Assembly (NCBI GenBank): GCA_044344255.1
Contig: JBIJDH010000035.1
Span: 1-55,881, forward strand
DNA: 55,881 bases
Reading direction: 5' to 3'
Source of the DNA: Myxococcota bacterium
GTDB lineage: Bacteria; Myxococcota_A; UBA796; UBA2385
In this document: in pieces, positions 1-8,862 of the stretch
Layout of the letters: each line of letters starts with the position of its first letter
Position numbering within the stretch: position 1 is the stretch's first letter
Position numbers and translations under genes: made by a program
The notes under the pieces: generated by a model
The model's database searches: none
Told to the model about the DNA's origin: nothing
The model's input: the letters and a program-made list of their open reading frames with translations, nothing else

Positions 1-124
1 GCCGCGATGCGCTTCTGGCGCCATCCTCGGCGGACCCACACCGCGCGCCCTGCCGTTCGTCAGCAGCGGTAGGGGGCGGCGCCGCCGTCCAGTCCCTCAC
101 GGGAAGGGTTTCTTCCCAGGGATC

Positions 125-145
125 AATCGGAGAGCCCTGACCCCG
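125..145 (-). repeat. REP-like inverted repeat, left copy (AATCGGAGAGCCCTGACCCCG)
   Basis: Reverse complement CGGGGTCAGGGCTCTCCGATT matches 1102-1122 (CGGGGTCAGGACTCTCCAATT) at 19/21. GGGGTCAG-type ends recur next to RAYT genes. Confidence 0.7.
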
Positions 146-185
146 GGGTATGATGGTTCGGATGCGACAAGCGAGGAGATGAACG

Positions 186-1079
186 ATGAAGAGGAGGATG
201 TCCGTCCTGATATTGAGCGGCTGTGTGGGGTGGGGATGTGGGCACTGGGGCAAGACGGGAGCGGATGACGGCGGCGAGCTCGCCACTGACGACGTTGCGG
301 GCGACGGCACCGATGACCTGGGCCCGAGGCGGTACACAAGCACCCGCATCGAGGCCCAGACCTTCGAGATGGGTTGCACGACGGCGCAGCAGGCGGACTG
401 CTCCACCAACGAGGTTGAGCCTCATGAAGTGACCCTGACAAGGGCCTACAAGATCGACATCACGGAGGTGACCTTCGAGGAGTATGACCGGCTCTTGGAA
501 GGTGATCTGCCGGTGTACACATCTGGTTGTGGGGAGAATTGCCCTGTACAGTTCGTAAGCTGGCATATGGCGGCGATTTACGCGAATGCCCGCTCTGCCG
601 AGGACGGGTTGCTCGCCTTCTACTCTTGCGAGGGTGAAGGCCCCGACCTCGACTGCAGCCTGAGCGGGGACCCCTATGAGAGCGCGAGCTGGCGACTCCC
701 GACGGAGGCGGAGTGGGAGGCGGCAGCCCGCTGTGGGACCGACCTCAAGTACGCCGGCTCCGACACCCTTGACGAGGTGGGCTGGTACGATGACAATAGC
801 GAGTCCAAGACGCATCCGGTCGGGGAGAGAGGTGCCAACGGATGCGACCTCCGCGACATGAGCGGCAATGTATGGGAGTGGGTGGGGGATTGGGGCGAGA
901 GCTCCTATGACAGCGCCGCCGTGATCAATCCCGCAGGGCCTTCCCGGGGCTCCTTTCGGGCTCTCCGCGGAGGGTCCTTTGGGGGGGGCGCCCCTTTGGC
1001 CCGCGTGTCGGCCCGCCTGGGATTCGACCCCGACGCGCGCCTGAGCGATCTCGGCTTTCGTCTCGTGAGATCCGACTGA
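186..1079 (+). CDS. FGE-sulfatase (formylglycine-generating enzyme family, C-type lectin fold) domain protein, probably exported or a lipoprotein
   Basis: Motifs FEMG, E.PHEVTL, TEVT, RLPTEAEWEAAAR, DMSGNVWEW, RGGSF, GFRLVR. N-terminal signal-like segment with Cys. GAGGAG upstream. Confidence 0.9.
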   Translation: MKRRMSVLILSGCVGWGCGHWGKTGADDGGELATDDVAGDGTDDLGPRRYTSTRIEAQTFEMGCTTAQQADCSTNEVEPHEVTLTRAYKIDITEVTFEEYDRLLEGDLPVYTSGCGENCPVQFVSWHMAAIYANARSAEDGLLAFYSCEGEGPDLDCSLSGDPYESASWRLPTEAEWEAAARCGTDLKYAGSDTLDEVGWYDDNSESKTHPVGERGANGCDLRDMSGNVWEWVGDWGESSYDSAAVINPAGPSRGSFRALRGGSFGGGAPLARVSARLGFDPDARLSDLGFRLVRSD

Positions 1080-1101
1080 TCCCAAGGGATTGGTCGGGAT
1101 G

Positions 1102-1122
1102 CGGGGTCAGGACTCTCCAATT
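1102..1122 (+). repeat. REP-like inverted repeat, right copy, directly upstream of the RAYT fragment
   Basis: 19/21 inverted match to 125-145; 47 bp upstream of the RAYT ATG. Confidence 0.7.
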
Positions 1123-1169
1123 AACATCTGCGGAAAACCCTATGCAGAAAACTACGCCCCGGCTGACGA

Positions 1170-1386
1170 ATGGCTCGCCCTCCCCGCATCGACTTTCCCG
1201 GCGCCCGCCACCACGTCATGAACCGGGGAGCGCGCCACGACGCCATCTTCGTCGATGACGCGACTTGCAGCCTGTTCATCGACATCCTCGCAGAGCTACC
1301 CCGCCGCTACGGCACACGTGTCCACGCCTGGGCGCGGATGCCCAACCACGACCACCTGCTCGTGGAGAGCCCGCGGGGGAACCTCA
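1170..1386 (+). pseudogene. Truncated REP-associated tyrosine transposase (RAYT, Y1_Tnp)
   Basis: MARPPRIDFPGARHHVMNRG...IF.DD...HAWARMPNHDHLLVESPRGNL is a typical RAYT N-terminus. HUH is degenerate (HDH), similarity stops after GNL, and the catalytic Tyr region is absent. Confidence 0.85.
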
Positions 1387-1443
1387 CAGCCGCGTCGCGG
1401 CTGTCTGAACCCTGCGATACGGCAGGCAAAAGTGGAGCCCAGC

Positions 1444-2022
1444 ATGAGCCTCGACTTCTCCCCCGTGGAGCGCCTCCTCCGCGATGGCCGCTCGGTCACA
1501 CTCCGCCCCCTCACCGCCTCCAACGGCCCTGCCAGCCGAGCGCTCTTCCTCGCGTTGCTCCTCGATGGCCGCGGAGTGGTGATGGAGCCGGACGAGGTGC
1601 GCTCCGAAGCGGAGCTCATCCGGCAGATCGAGGAATATGCAAATGATCCACTCTCTCTCCAGCTCGGCGCCTTCGTGGAGGGTGTACTCGCAGGTACCAT
1701 CGACATCAAGCGACCGAACCGACGGATGATCGCCCACAATGGGATTCTCAGCATGGGCGTCCACCCGGACTTTCAGGGGCTCGGGCTCGGCCGCCTCCTC
1801 ATGGAGGAGCTCGTTCGGTGGAGCGAGGGCCATGGTGTGGAGCGCATCGACCTCTACACCCTCGCCGACAATCACCGCGCCATCGGCCTCTACCGCTCTT
1901 TCGGCTTCGAGACGCTGGGCAGTCGGAAGGCCTACGTTCGCCGCCCCGATGGGACGGTGGCCGACGATCTCTACATGAGCCGTTGGCGCCCACGGCGGGA
2001 CGCGGACGCGGGGGTCGGGTAG
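1444..2022 (+). CDS. GNAT family N-acetyltransferase
   Basis: Motif A MGVHPDFQGLGLGRLL and N.RAIGLYRSFGF. ATG 1444 follows GGAG. Confidence 0.9.
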   Translation: MSLDFSPVERLLRDGRSVTLRPLTASNGPASRALFLALLLDGRGVVMEPDEVRSEAELIRQIEEYANDPLSLQLGAFVEGVLAGTIDIKRPNRRMIAHNGILSMGVHPDFQGLGLGRLLMEELVRWSEGHGVERIDLYTLADNHRAIGLYRSFGFETLGSRKAYVRRPDGTVADDLYMSRWRPRRDADAGVG

Positions 2023-2100
2023 ACCTGCGGGTTGTCCCACCGGTCTACCCGACCCCCAACGGCGGCAACGGCACGGGGCACGGTCGAGCGGAGGTTTCCG

Positions 2101-2481
2101 GTGCAGCGCGTTCGAATGCTGGGCCTCGCCTACCTCCTGCTCGGCGTGATCGAGCTGGCCTGGTGCATGTTCTGCGTCTTCGGGGGCGCCCTGCTGGTGC
2201 TGGTGGGCGGCGCCGCGCCGGAGCTCGGGCAGCTCCGCTGGATCGGTGGCGGGGCATATGGTCTGCTGGCGATCGCGGCCCTGATGATGGGGGTGGCCCA
2301 CTGCGTCTCAGGGGCCCTGCTCCGACGGGGCCGCGGCGTCGTGCCGCTGGTCATCGGCTTCGCCGCCTGTCTGCCCTCCCTGGTGCTCGCCCTCTACTGC
2401 GCGCCCTTCGCCCTGGTCGCGATCGGCTGCACCATCTACGTCCTCGCCGATCCGGAGGCGCGCAAGGCGCTCGACGCGTGA
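2101..2481 (+). CDS. Hypothetical membrane protein (3-4 TM)
   Basis: Several hydrophobic stretches and GC3-biased codons; start uncertain (2101 or 2116). Confidence 0.7.
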   Translation: MQRVRMLGLAYLLLGVIELAWCMFCVFGGALLVLVGGAAPELGQLRWIGGGAYGLLAIAALMMGVAHCVSGALLRRGRGVVPLVIGFAACLPSLVLALYCAPFALVAIGCTIYVLADPEARKALDA

Positions 2482-2538
2482 GCCGGAGTCGCCGGGCCCG
2501 GCCACCGCACTGTCGAGCCCCTCCGTGCCGTCGTACCT

Positions 2539-2769
2539 TCAGGCCAGGGGCGCCCGCCGCTGGGGCAGCTCGTCCGAGGGCTCGAAGCAGCTCCGGTGGC
2601 TGGCGCAGTCGCCGGGGGCGGAGGGGCCGTCGTCGGGGCCCCAGGGCTGGCAGGTGCGCAAGCAGCTGAACGGGACCTCGGGCTGCACGAGGCGCGCGAT
2701 CAGCTCCTCGGGGCTGCTCCAGTCGCGGGAGTGAAAGCCCTTCCAGCGGAGGGACTTGCAGAGCTCCAT
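2539..2769 (-). CDS. 76-aa Cys-rich protein coupled to the molybdoenzyme operon
   Basis: MELCKSLRWKG...FSCLRTCQPWGPDD...DCASHRSCF. Its ATG overlaps the upstream TGA (TGATG). Confidence 0.7.
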   Translation of the reverse strand: MELCKSLRWKGFHSRDWSSPEELIARLVQPEVPFSCLRTCQPWGPDDGPSAPGDCASHRSCFEPSDELPQRRAPLA

Positions 2770-3731
2770 CAGGCACCTCCCACGGGGACAGCGGCGGCGG
2801 CGCGCTCGAGGGCCTCGAGGACGGAGGCGCGCAGGAGCTCGACCTTGTAGGCGGTCATCGGCAAGGGGCTGGCCCCCTCGGCGGCGCGGGCGGCGGCGGC
2901 GGCGAAGCCGTCTGCGCCCTGGCCGAGGAGAGCGGCTTCGACCGCCGGGAGCTCGAGGGGCGTGTTGGCCACCCCGCCCACCGCGACGCGGGCGAAGCTC
3001 ACCTTGTTGGCCGTCAGCACGAGGCGGGCGATGACCTCGACCAACGGCCACTCGGCGCGGGCGCGGTGGATGGCGCGAAAGTAGGCGGCGCGCTCACCCG
3101 TGAGGGGCGGCGGCAGGCTCACGGCCCGGATCAGCTCCCCGTCCTGGAGCGTGTTCTCGCGGTTGGGGTCTGCGCCCTTGCCGAAGAGCTCGCTCATCGA
3201 CAGCACGCGGCTGCCCTTCGCGCTCTGCACGTCGACGGTGGCGCCGTACGCGAGCAGGGCCATGCCGACCGTGGAGGGGTGGGGGGCCGCGCAGGGCCCC
3301 TGGTCGATCACCACGTGAAACAGGTGGTCGCCCGCGCGCGCGAGGCAGAGGTCGCCGCCCTTCTTCAGGCAGGTGAAGGACGGGTTGCGGTAGTACCAGC
3401 AGCGCACGCGCTGGGCGAGGCTGCCGCCGAGGGTGGCCCGCTCGCGGATCTGCGGGGTGGCGAGGCCCCCGGCGGCGGCGGCGAGGCCGGGGTAGCCGGC
3501 GCGGACGCGGGGGTCGGCGGCGAGCGCGGCGAGCGTCGTGGCGGCCTCGATCTGCAGGCCGGGGCCGACGAAGGACAGGCCCGTCGGGCGCCCGGCGCGC
3601 TGGAGGTCGACCAGGGGACCGCGGCTGACGCCCTGGGCGCGCCGCTCCATGAGGTCGGTGCCGCCCGCGCGGAGCTCTGCCCCGACGAGGGCGGCTAGGA
3701 CCTGGGCTTCGGTGGTGGGGAGGCGGATCAT
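2769..3731 (-). CDS. Xanthine dehydrogenase family FAD-binding subunit (PaoB/YagS-like, with 4Fe-4S insert)
   Basis: AGGTDL, ATPQIRERATLGGSL, RCWYYR...C.KKGG..C...C.APHPS (four Cys). ATGA overlap with the large subunit. Confidence 0.92.
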   Translation of the reverse strand: MIRLPTTEAQVLAALVGAELRAGGTDLMERRAQGVSRGPLVDLQRAGRPTGLSFVGPGLQIEAATTLAALAADPRVRAGYPGLAAAAGGLATPQIRERATLGGSLAQRVRCWYYRNPSFTCLKKGGDLCLARAGDHLFHVVIDQGPCAAPHPSTVGMALLAYGATVDVQSAKGSRVLSMSELFGKGADPNRENTLQDGELIRAVSLPPPLTGERAAYFRAIHRARAEWPLVEVIARLVLTANKVSFARVAVGGVANTPLELPAVEAALLGQGADGFAAAAARAAEGASPLPMTAYKVELLRASVLEALERAAAAVPVGGA

Positions 3732-6520
3732 GCGCGGAGCCCCTGGAGCACGCGGTCGACGCGGAAGGGGGTGGAGGTGGGCCGCCAGCCGGTGGCGTGG
3801 TGGAGCGCGTTGCCGAGGGTGGCCGAGACGCCCACCGTGGCGAGCTCGGCCATGCCGACCGCCCGGCCCCGCACGTCCTCGAAGCCGCCCTCGTCGAAGT
3901 GGACGGTCATCTCGGGGGTGTCGCCGATGCCGGGGATGCGGTAGTCCTCGAGGCCGGCGCTGAGCAGGCGCCCGGTCGTGGGGTCAATTCGCCGCTCCTC
4001 GTAGAGCGCGTAGCCGACCCCCTGGATGATGGCGCCCATCGCCTGGCTCATCGCCACCTTCGGGACCACCACCTTGCCGCAGCCGATGCCCGACCAGAAG
4101 CGCGTGACCCGCACCTTGCCGAGGCGGCTGTCCACCTCCACCTCGGCGACCTGCACCGCCGAGGTGAGCGCCTTGCTCACGTTCGTGTCCATCAACGAGA
4201 CCGGCAGGAAGTAGCCGCCCACGTCGCGGCGCCGCTTGCCGACGACCGTGATCGACGGCGCCTTGTCGAGCAGCGTGGCCCAGGTGGTGATCTTGCCGCC
4301 CGACAGCCAGCCCTCGGGCCGGAGCTCGCCCTCCTGTAGGCCGAAGGCGCGCTTCGCCACGGCGACGAGCTCGCCGATCAGCTCCTCGCAGGCGTCGAGG
4401 GCGGTGGGGTAGAGCGAGCTCGTCGAGCGGGAGCCGGCGGCCATCGGCCCGGGCTCGTCGCGGGAGTCGCCAATGCGGACCTCGACGTCGGAGAGGGGGA
4501 GCCCGAGGCGCTCGGCCACGGTGGTCGCGAGCACCGTGCGCGAGCCGTTGCCCATGTCAGAGGTGCCGGTGGAGACGAGGAGCCGCCCGCCGCCCGCCTC
4601 GATGCGCACACGAGAGTTGGGCTGCACGAAGCAGGGCCAGGACGAGGTCGCGAGGCCCACGCCGCGGCGATAGCGGCCCTTGTCGGCCCCCACCGCGCCG
4701 CGGTCCTTCCACTCGGGGATGCGGGAGGCCCAGTCGAAGAGGCGGCCGCGGAGGGGCTGCGGGTCCCACCGGCGGCGGAGGGTGATGGGGTCTTCCCCGC
4801 GGGCCTGGGCGAGGGTGTCGATGGCCTGCTCGAGCGCGAAGAAGGCGGGCGCCCCGAAGGGGCCGCGGAAGGCGGTGCCGGGGGGGCCGTTCCAGACGAC
4901 GTCGTAGTCGAAGAGCTCCTTCTCGGCGTCGGGGTACATCACTCGCGCGAAGAGGCCGAGGGCGGCGCCGACCGCGCAGCCGGCGTCGGTCCAGCTCTTC
5001 ATCGACAGGCCGACGAGCTCACCCTGGCCGTCCGCGCCGAGCGTGAGGTCGATGCGCTCTGCCGGCCGGTGGCCGCCGACCGTGAGCTCCTCCGCCCGCC
5101 CGAGCGCCACCCGGACCGGGGCGCCGGTGGCGCGGGCGAGCTCGATGGCGGCGAGGGTCTCGTGGGAGAGCACGGCCTTGGCGCCGAAGCCGCCGCCCAC
5201 GTAGGGGGCGTAGACGGCGATCTGGTCGGGCGCGAGGCGGTAGCGGTGGGCGAGGTCCTCTTTCAGGGCGAGGATGGCCTGCGTCGAGACCCAGACCTCG
5301 AGGGCCTTGCCCTTCCAGCGGGCCACGGCGGCGTGGGGCTCGAGGGCGGTGTGGCACTGCACAGCCGTCTCGTAGACGGCCTGCACCATGTGGCCCGGGG
5401 CGCCGGCCTTGAGCGCGTCGAGGTTCTGGCGGGCGTCCTTCTTCTTCAGGAAGGCGTCGGTGCGAGTGGGGCCGCGCACGTTGCCGGTCCACTTCGCGGG
5501 CGTCGAGGGGCCCTCGGCGCTGCTCGGGGCGCCTCGGGTGCCCTCACCGTAGACCAGCGGCGCCCCCGGAGCCATGGCGGCGCTCATGCCGATGACCGGC
5601 GTCTGGACCTCATAGGTGACCCGCACCGCCCGCAGGGCCTCGTGGGCCGCGCGGCGGCTGGTGGCGGCGAGGGCGCCGATCTCCTGGCCCGCGTAACGAA
5701 CCCGGCCCGATTCGCCGATGAGCCGCACCCAGCCGGACACGCCGGGCATCTGCAGGGCGGCGCTGGTGTCGATCTCGCGGACGATCGCGCTCGCGTGCGG
5801 GCTGCGGAGGATGACCCCCTCGAGCTGCCCGTCGAGCTGCACGTCGACGGTGTAGCGCGCCACGCCAGTCACCTTCTCGCGCCCGTCCACCCGAGCGGAG
5901 GGGGGGCCGCCCTCGGGCTCGGCGCCGTCAAAGTCTCCGGCGCAGGCCCGCGCGACGGCTCGGAAGATGCTCGCGTAGGCGCCGCAGCGGCAGAGGTGGC
6001 CTGCGAGCGCGGCGGCGATGACCTCGCGGTCGGGGGCGACCGCTCCGTGCTCGGCTCTCCAGCGGTCGTAGAAGGTGACGGCCTCGACGATGAAGCCGGG
6101 CGTGCAGTAGCCGCACTGGAGCGCGTCCTCGGCCATGAAGGCGCGCTGGACGGGGTGCAGGGCGCTCCCCAGCCCCTCGACGGTGCGGAGCTCGCGGCCG
6201 TCGGCGGCGGTGGCGGGGAGGAGGCAGCTCACGACGGGCGCGCCGTCGAGGTGGAGCGTGCAGGCGCCGCAGGCCCCGTGGCCGCAGCCCTCCTTCGTCC
6301 CCGTGAGCCCGATGCGCTCGCGGACGAGCTCGAGCGCGCTCATGTCCGGGTGGACCGTGGCGGCCCGCTTCTCACCGTTGATGGTGAACTTGATGGCGAC
6401 CTCGTCGAGATCGGCCGCCCCCGCTTCGATCCCGGTGGCGCGCGCCACATCGGGGAGCAGGGCGCTAGCGGCGCCGCTCCCCACGGCGACCTGTAGGAAC
6501 CCTCGGCGGGAGAACGGCAT
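3728..6520 (-). CDS. Tat-exported fusion of 2Fe-2S subunit and molybdopterin-binding subunit (PaoA+PaoC-like aldehyde oxidoreductase)
   Basis: SRRGFL Tat signal. GC.HG.CGACT...C and QCGYC...CRC iron-sulfur motifs. Mo-domain motifs GGGFGAK, AFRGP, AGSRS and GMAE. Confidence 0.93.
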   Translation of the reverse strand: MPFSRRGFLQVAVGSGAASALLPDVARATGIEAGAADLDEVAIKFTINGEKRAATVHPDMSALELVRERIGLTGTKEGCGHGACGACTLHLDGAPVVSCLLPATAADGRELRTVEGLGSALHPVQRAFMAEDALQCGYCTPGFIVEAVTFYDRWRAEHGAVAPDREVIAAALAGHLCRCGAYASIFRAVARACAGDFDGAEPEGGPPSARVDGREKVTGVARYTVDVQLDGQLEGVILRSPHASAIVREIDTSAALQMPGVSGWVRLIGESGRVRYAGQEIGALAATSRRAAHEALRAVRVTYEVQTPVIGMSAAMAPGAPLVYGEGTRGAPSSAEGPSTPAKWTGNVRGPTRTDAFLKKKDARQNLDALKAGAPGHMVQAVYETAVQCHTALEPHAAVARWKGKALEVWVSTQAILALKEDLAHRYRLAPDQIAVYAPYVGGGFGAKAVLSHETLAAIELARATGAPVRVALGRAEELTVGGHRPAERIDLTLGADGQGELVGLSMKSWTDAGCAVGAALGLFARVMYPDAEKELFDYDVVWNGPPGTAFRGPFGAPAFFALEQAIDTLAQARGEDPITLRRRWDPQPLRGRLFDWASRIPEWKDRGAVGADKGRYRRGVGLATSSWPCFVQPNSRVRIEAGGGRLLVSTGTSDMGNGSRTVLATTVAERLGLPLSDVEVRIGDSRDEPGPMAAGSRSTSSLYPTALDACEELIGELVAVAKRAFGLQEGELRPEGWLSGGKITTWATLLDKAPSITVVGKRRRDVGGYFLPVSLMDTNVSKALTSAVQVAEVEVDSRLGKVRVTRFWSGIGCGKVVVPKVAMSQAMGAIIQGVGYALYEERRIDPTTGRLLSAGLEDYRIPGIGDTPEMTVHFDEGGFEDVRGRAVGMAELATVGVSATLGNALHHATGWRPTSTPFRVDRVLQGLRA

Positions 6521-6619
6521 CCTGACCTCGTGAAGCCGACCGTTGGTAACCCGGTCGGGGTGGCCGCTGTGCCGCCCCCCCGGGCTGGGCTACCTGGGTG
6601 TTCCCCCAAAGGAGGCGCG

Positions 6620-8398
6620 ATGTGGGCTTGGTTACACCGGCTCTGTCGAAGGCGGGTGCCGATCTGGTACCACCCGGACTACCGCCTCCCCCTCACCTCG
6701 ATCGCCGACCGCACCGGCCTCGAGCCGCGGCGGGCTGACCTCACCCTCTGGTACCTCGAGGGCGCCGGGTGGGCCGAGCCCGCCGACCTGCGCGTCCCCG
6801 AGCCCATAAGCTACGAGGCGCTCGGCCGGGTGCACGAGGCCGACTACCTCGACGGCGTCACGCGCCCCGAGGAGCTCGCCCGGATCTTCGGCGTCGAGGT
6901 CTGGGATCTTCCGGTTGACGAGGTGCTGCGCACCATACGCCTGTCCTGCGGCGGCACCCTCGCCGCGGCGCGGGAGGCCTTGAAGATCCAGGGGCCGACG
7001 CTCAACCTGCTCGGCGGCATGCACCACGCCGGCCGGGCCCGCGGCGGTGGCTTCTGCCCGGTCAATGACCTCGCGGTCGCCATCGCCCAGCTCCGGAGCG
7101 AGGGTTTCACCGGTCGGGTCCACGTCCTCGACCTCGACGCCCACCCCCCCGACGGCACCGCCGACTGCCTCGCCGGCGACCCCCTCGCCTGGATCGGCTC
7201 CCTCTCCGGCGCCGACTGGGGGCCCCTCCCTGGCGGGGTCGACGAGACCGTGCTCCCCCGGGGCGCCTCCACCGAGGTCTACCTCGAGGCGCTGGACGCC
7301 CTGCTCGGCCGAATGTCCTCCGCCGAGCTCACCTTCGTCATCGCCGGCGGGGATGTGCGGGCCGATGACCCGCTCGCTACGCTCGGCCTCGACCTCGTCG
7401 GCGTACAGCGCCGCGACGCCCGCGTGTTGGAGGCCCTCGAGGGACGGGCGTCGGTCTGGCTGCCGGGCGGCGGCTACGGCCCCGACGCCTGGCGGGTCCT
7501 CGCGGGCACGGCGGTCATCCTCTCCGGGGGGCGCCCTCGCCTCATCCACCCCGACTCCGACCCGCTGCGCGGGCGCTACGCTCGGGTGGCCGCCACCCTG
7601 CCGACGGGCGCCCTCGGCGACGAGCCCTGGATCACCGAGGCTGATCTCACCGACGTCTTCGGCCCCTCCGGCCGCAAGCACCACCGCCTGCTCGGCTTCT
7701 ACACCGCCGATGGCGTGGAGCACGCCCTGAGCCGATACGGCCTCCTCCGAGCCCTCGAGCGCCTCGGCTACGGGCCCTTTCGTGTCGAGATCGAGCCCGA
7801 GGCCCTCGGCGACCGGATGCGCCTCTGGGCCCGGAGCGGCGGTGCGGAGGGGGTCGAGCACCTCGTCGTCGAGAGCCTGTCCGAGCGCCAGCGCCTCCCC
7901 GACGCGGCCCAGGACATCCTGTTCCTGCATTGGCTCACGCTGCGCCACCCCCTCGCCAGCTTCAGCCCCGACCGCCCCGCCCTCCCGGGCCAGGAGGTGC
8001 CCGGCCTGGGCCTCGCACGGGAGGCCGGTGAGCTCCTCCTCCGAATGGCGCTGCGGCTCGGGCTCGCTGGGGTCGGGATCCGCCCGGCCTGGCTCCACGT
8101 GGCCTTCGCCTGCCGCCATGACTTCCACTTCGTCGACGCAGCGCGGCAGGGTCGTTTCGTCGCCCTGCTCCGCGATCTGCAAGCGATCCCCGTGCACAAG
8201 CTCACTGTTCACGTGGCTGAAGGTCGGGTCCTCCTGGACGGAGAGCCCTATGCCTGGGAGCCCGAGCTGATGCTCCGCTGGACCGTCTCGAAGCCGGACG
8301 GCGAATGGCGGGCGGCCGTGGAGCGCTCGGCGTCCGCCCACTGCTTCGGACTTCAGCCCTCCGCCGCGCCCGGGGCTCGGGTTATCCCCTCGCCATGA
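6620..8398 (+). CDS. Histone deacetylase family protein with extra C-terminal domain
   Basis: GGMHHA, GFC..ND, DLDAH, AGGD...DDPL, GGGY. AAGGAGG RBS before ATG 6620. Confidence 0.9.
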   Translation: MWAWLHRLCRRRVPIWYHPDYRLPLTSIADRTGLEPRRADLTLWYLEGAGWAEPADLRVPEPISYEALGRVHEADYLDGVTRPEELARIFGVEVWDLPVDEVLRTIRLSCGGTLAAAREALKIQGPTLNLLGGMHHAGRARGGGFCPVNDLAVAIAQLRSEGFTGRVHVLDLDAHPPDGTADCLAGDPLAWIGSLSGADWGPLPGGVDETVLPRGASTEVYLEALDALLGRMSSAELTFVIAGGDVRADDPLATLGLDLVGVQRRDARVLEALEGRASVWLPGGGYGPDAWRVLAGTAVILSGGRPRLIHPDSDPLRGRYARVAATLPTGALGDEPWITEADLTDVFGPSGRKHHRLLGFYTADGVEHALSRYGLLRALERLGYGPFRVEIEPEALGDRMRLWARSGGAEGVEHLVVESLSERQRLPDAAQDILFLHWLTLRHPLASFSPDRPALPGQEVPGLGLAREAGELLLRMALRLGLAGVGIRPAWLHVAFACRHDFHFVDAARQGRFVALLRDLQAIPVHKLTVHVAEGRVLLDGEPYAWEPELMLRWTVSKPDGEWRAAVERSASAHCFGLQPSAAPGARVIPSP

Positions 8399-8862
8399 CC
8401 GCCTTCTTCGCCGCCACCCCCCGTGAGACCGCCCGGCTTGGCCAGCTCCTCGCCGAGAGCACGGTTGGCCGGCTCGTCGTCGAGCTGGTGGGAGACCTCG
8501 GGATGGGCAAGACCTGCTTCGCCCAGGGCGTGGGAGACGGCCTCGGCGTGCGGGTGCCGGTGGTCAGCCCCACCTTCATCCTGATGGCCGAATACGACGG
8601 CTGGCGGCCGCTGCTGCACATCGACGCCTGGCGGATGGACGCCGAGGAGGCCGACGCCGTCGGCCTCCGCGACGCCGTGGCCGACTGGAGCGGGGTGGTG
8701 CTGGTCGAGTGGGCCGACCGGGTGAGCGCCCTCCTCCCCGAAGATCGGCTGCGCATCGAGCTCCGCGAGCCTCCGGGCGGCGGTCGGGAGCTCCGGGTGA
8801 GCGCCTGGGGGCCGGACAGCGATCAGGCCCTCTCCCGCTGGAGCCGCGCCGTCGATGGATGA
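8395..8862 (+). CDS. tsaE: tRNA threonylcarbamoyladenosine biosynthesis ATPase TsaE
   Basis: GDLGMGKT, SPTF, H.DAWR, VEW. ATGA overlap with the HDAC stop. Confidence 0.92.
   Translation: MTAFFAATPRETARLGQLLAESTVGRLVVELVGDLGMGKTCFAQGVGDGLGVRVPVVSPTFILMAEYDGWRPLLHIDAWRMDAEEADAVGLRDAVADWSGVVLVEWADRVSALLPEDRLRIELREPPGGGRELRVSAWGPDSDQALSRWSRAVDG

Noticed and set aside
900..1100. FGE C-terminus plus downstream hairpin as a diversity-generating retroelement target
   Set aside because: No reverse transcriptase or template-repeat copy is visible in the window; cannot be supported here, though a trans-acting DGR is not excluded.
1387..1646. C-terminal part of the 158-aa ORF as genuine RAYT sequence
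   Set aside because: It is read-through in another frame over the GNAT gene, with no transposase features.
6521..6619. Hairpin CCGACCG/CGGTCGG upstream of the molybdoenzyme as a Moco riboswitch
   Set aside because: The region is short and lacks recognisable Moco motif elements; a single 7-bp stem is common in GC-rich DNA.
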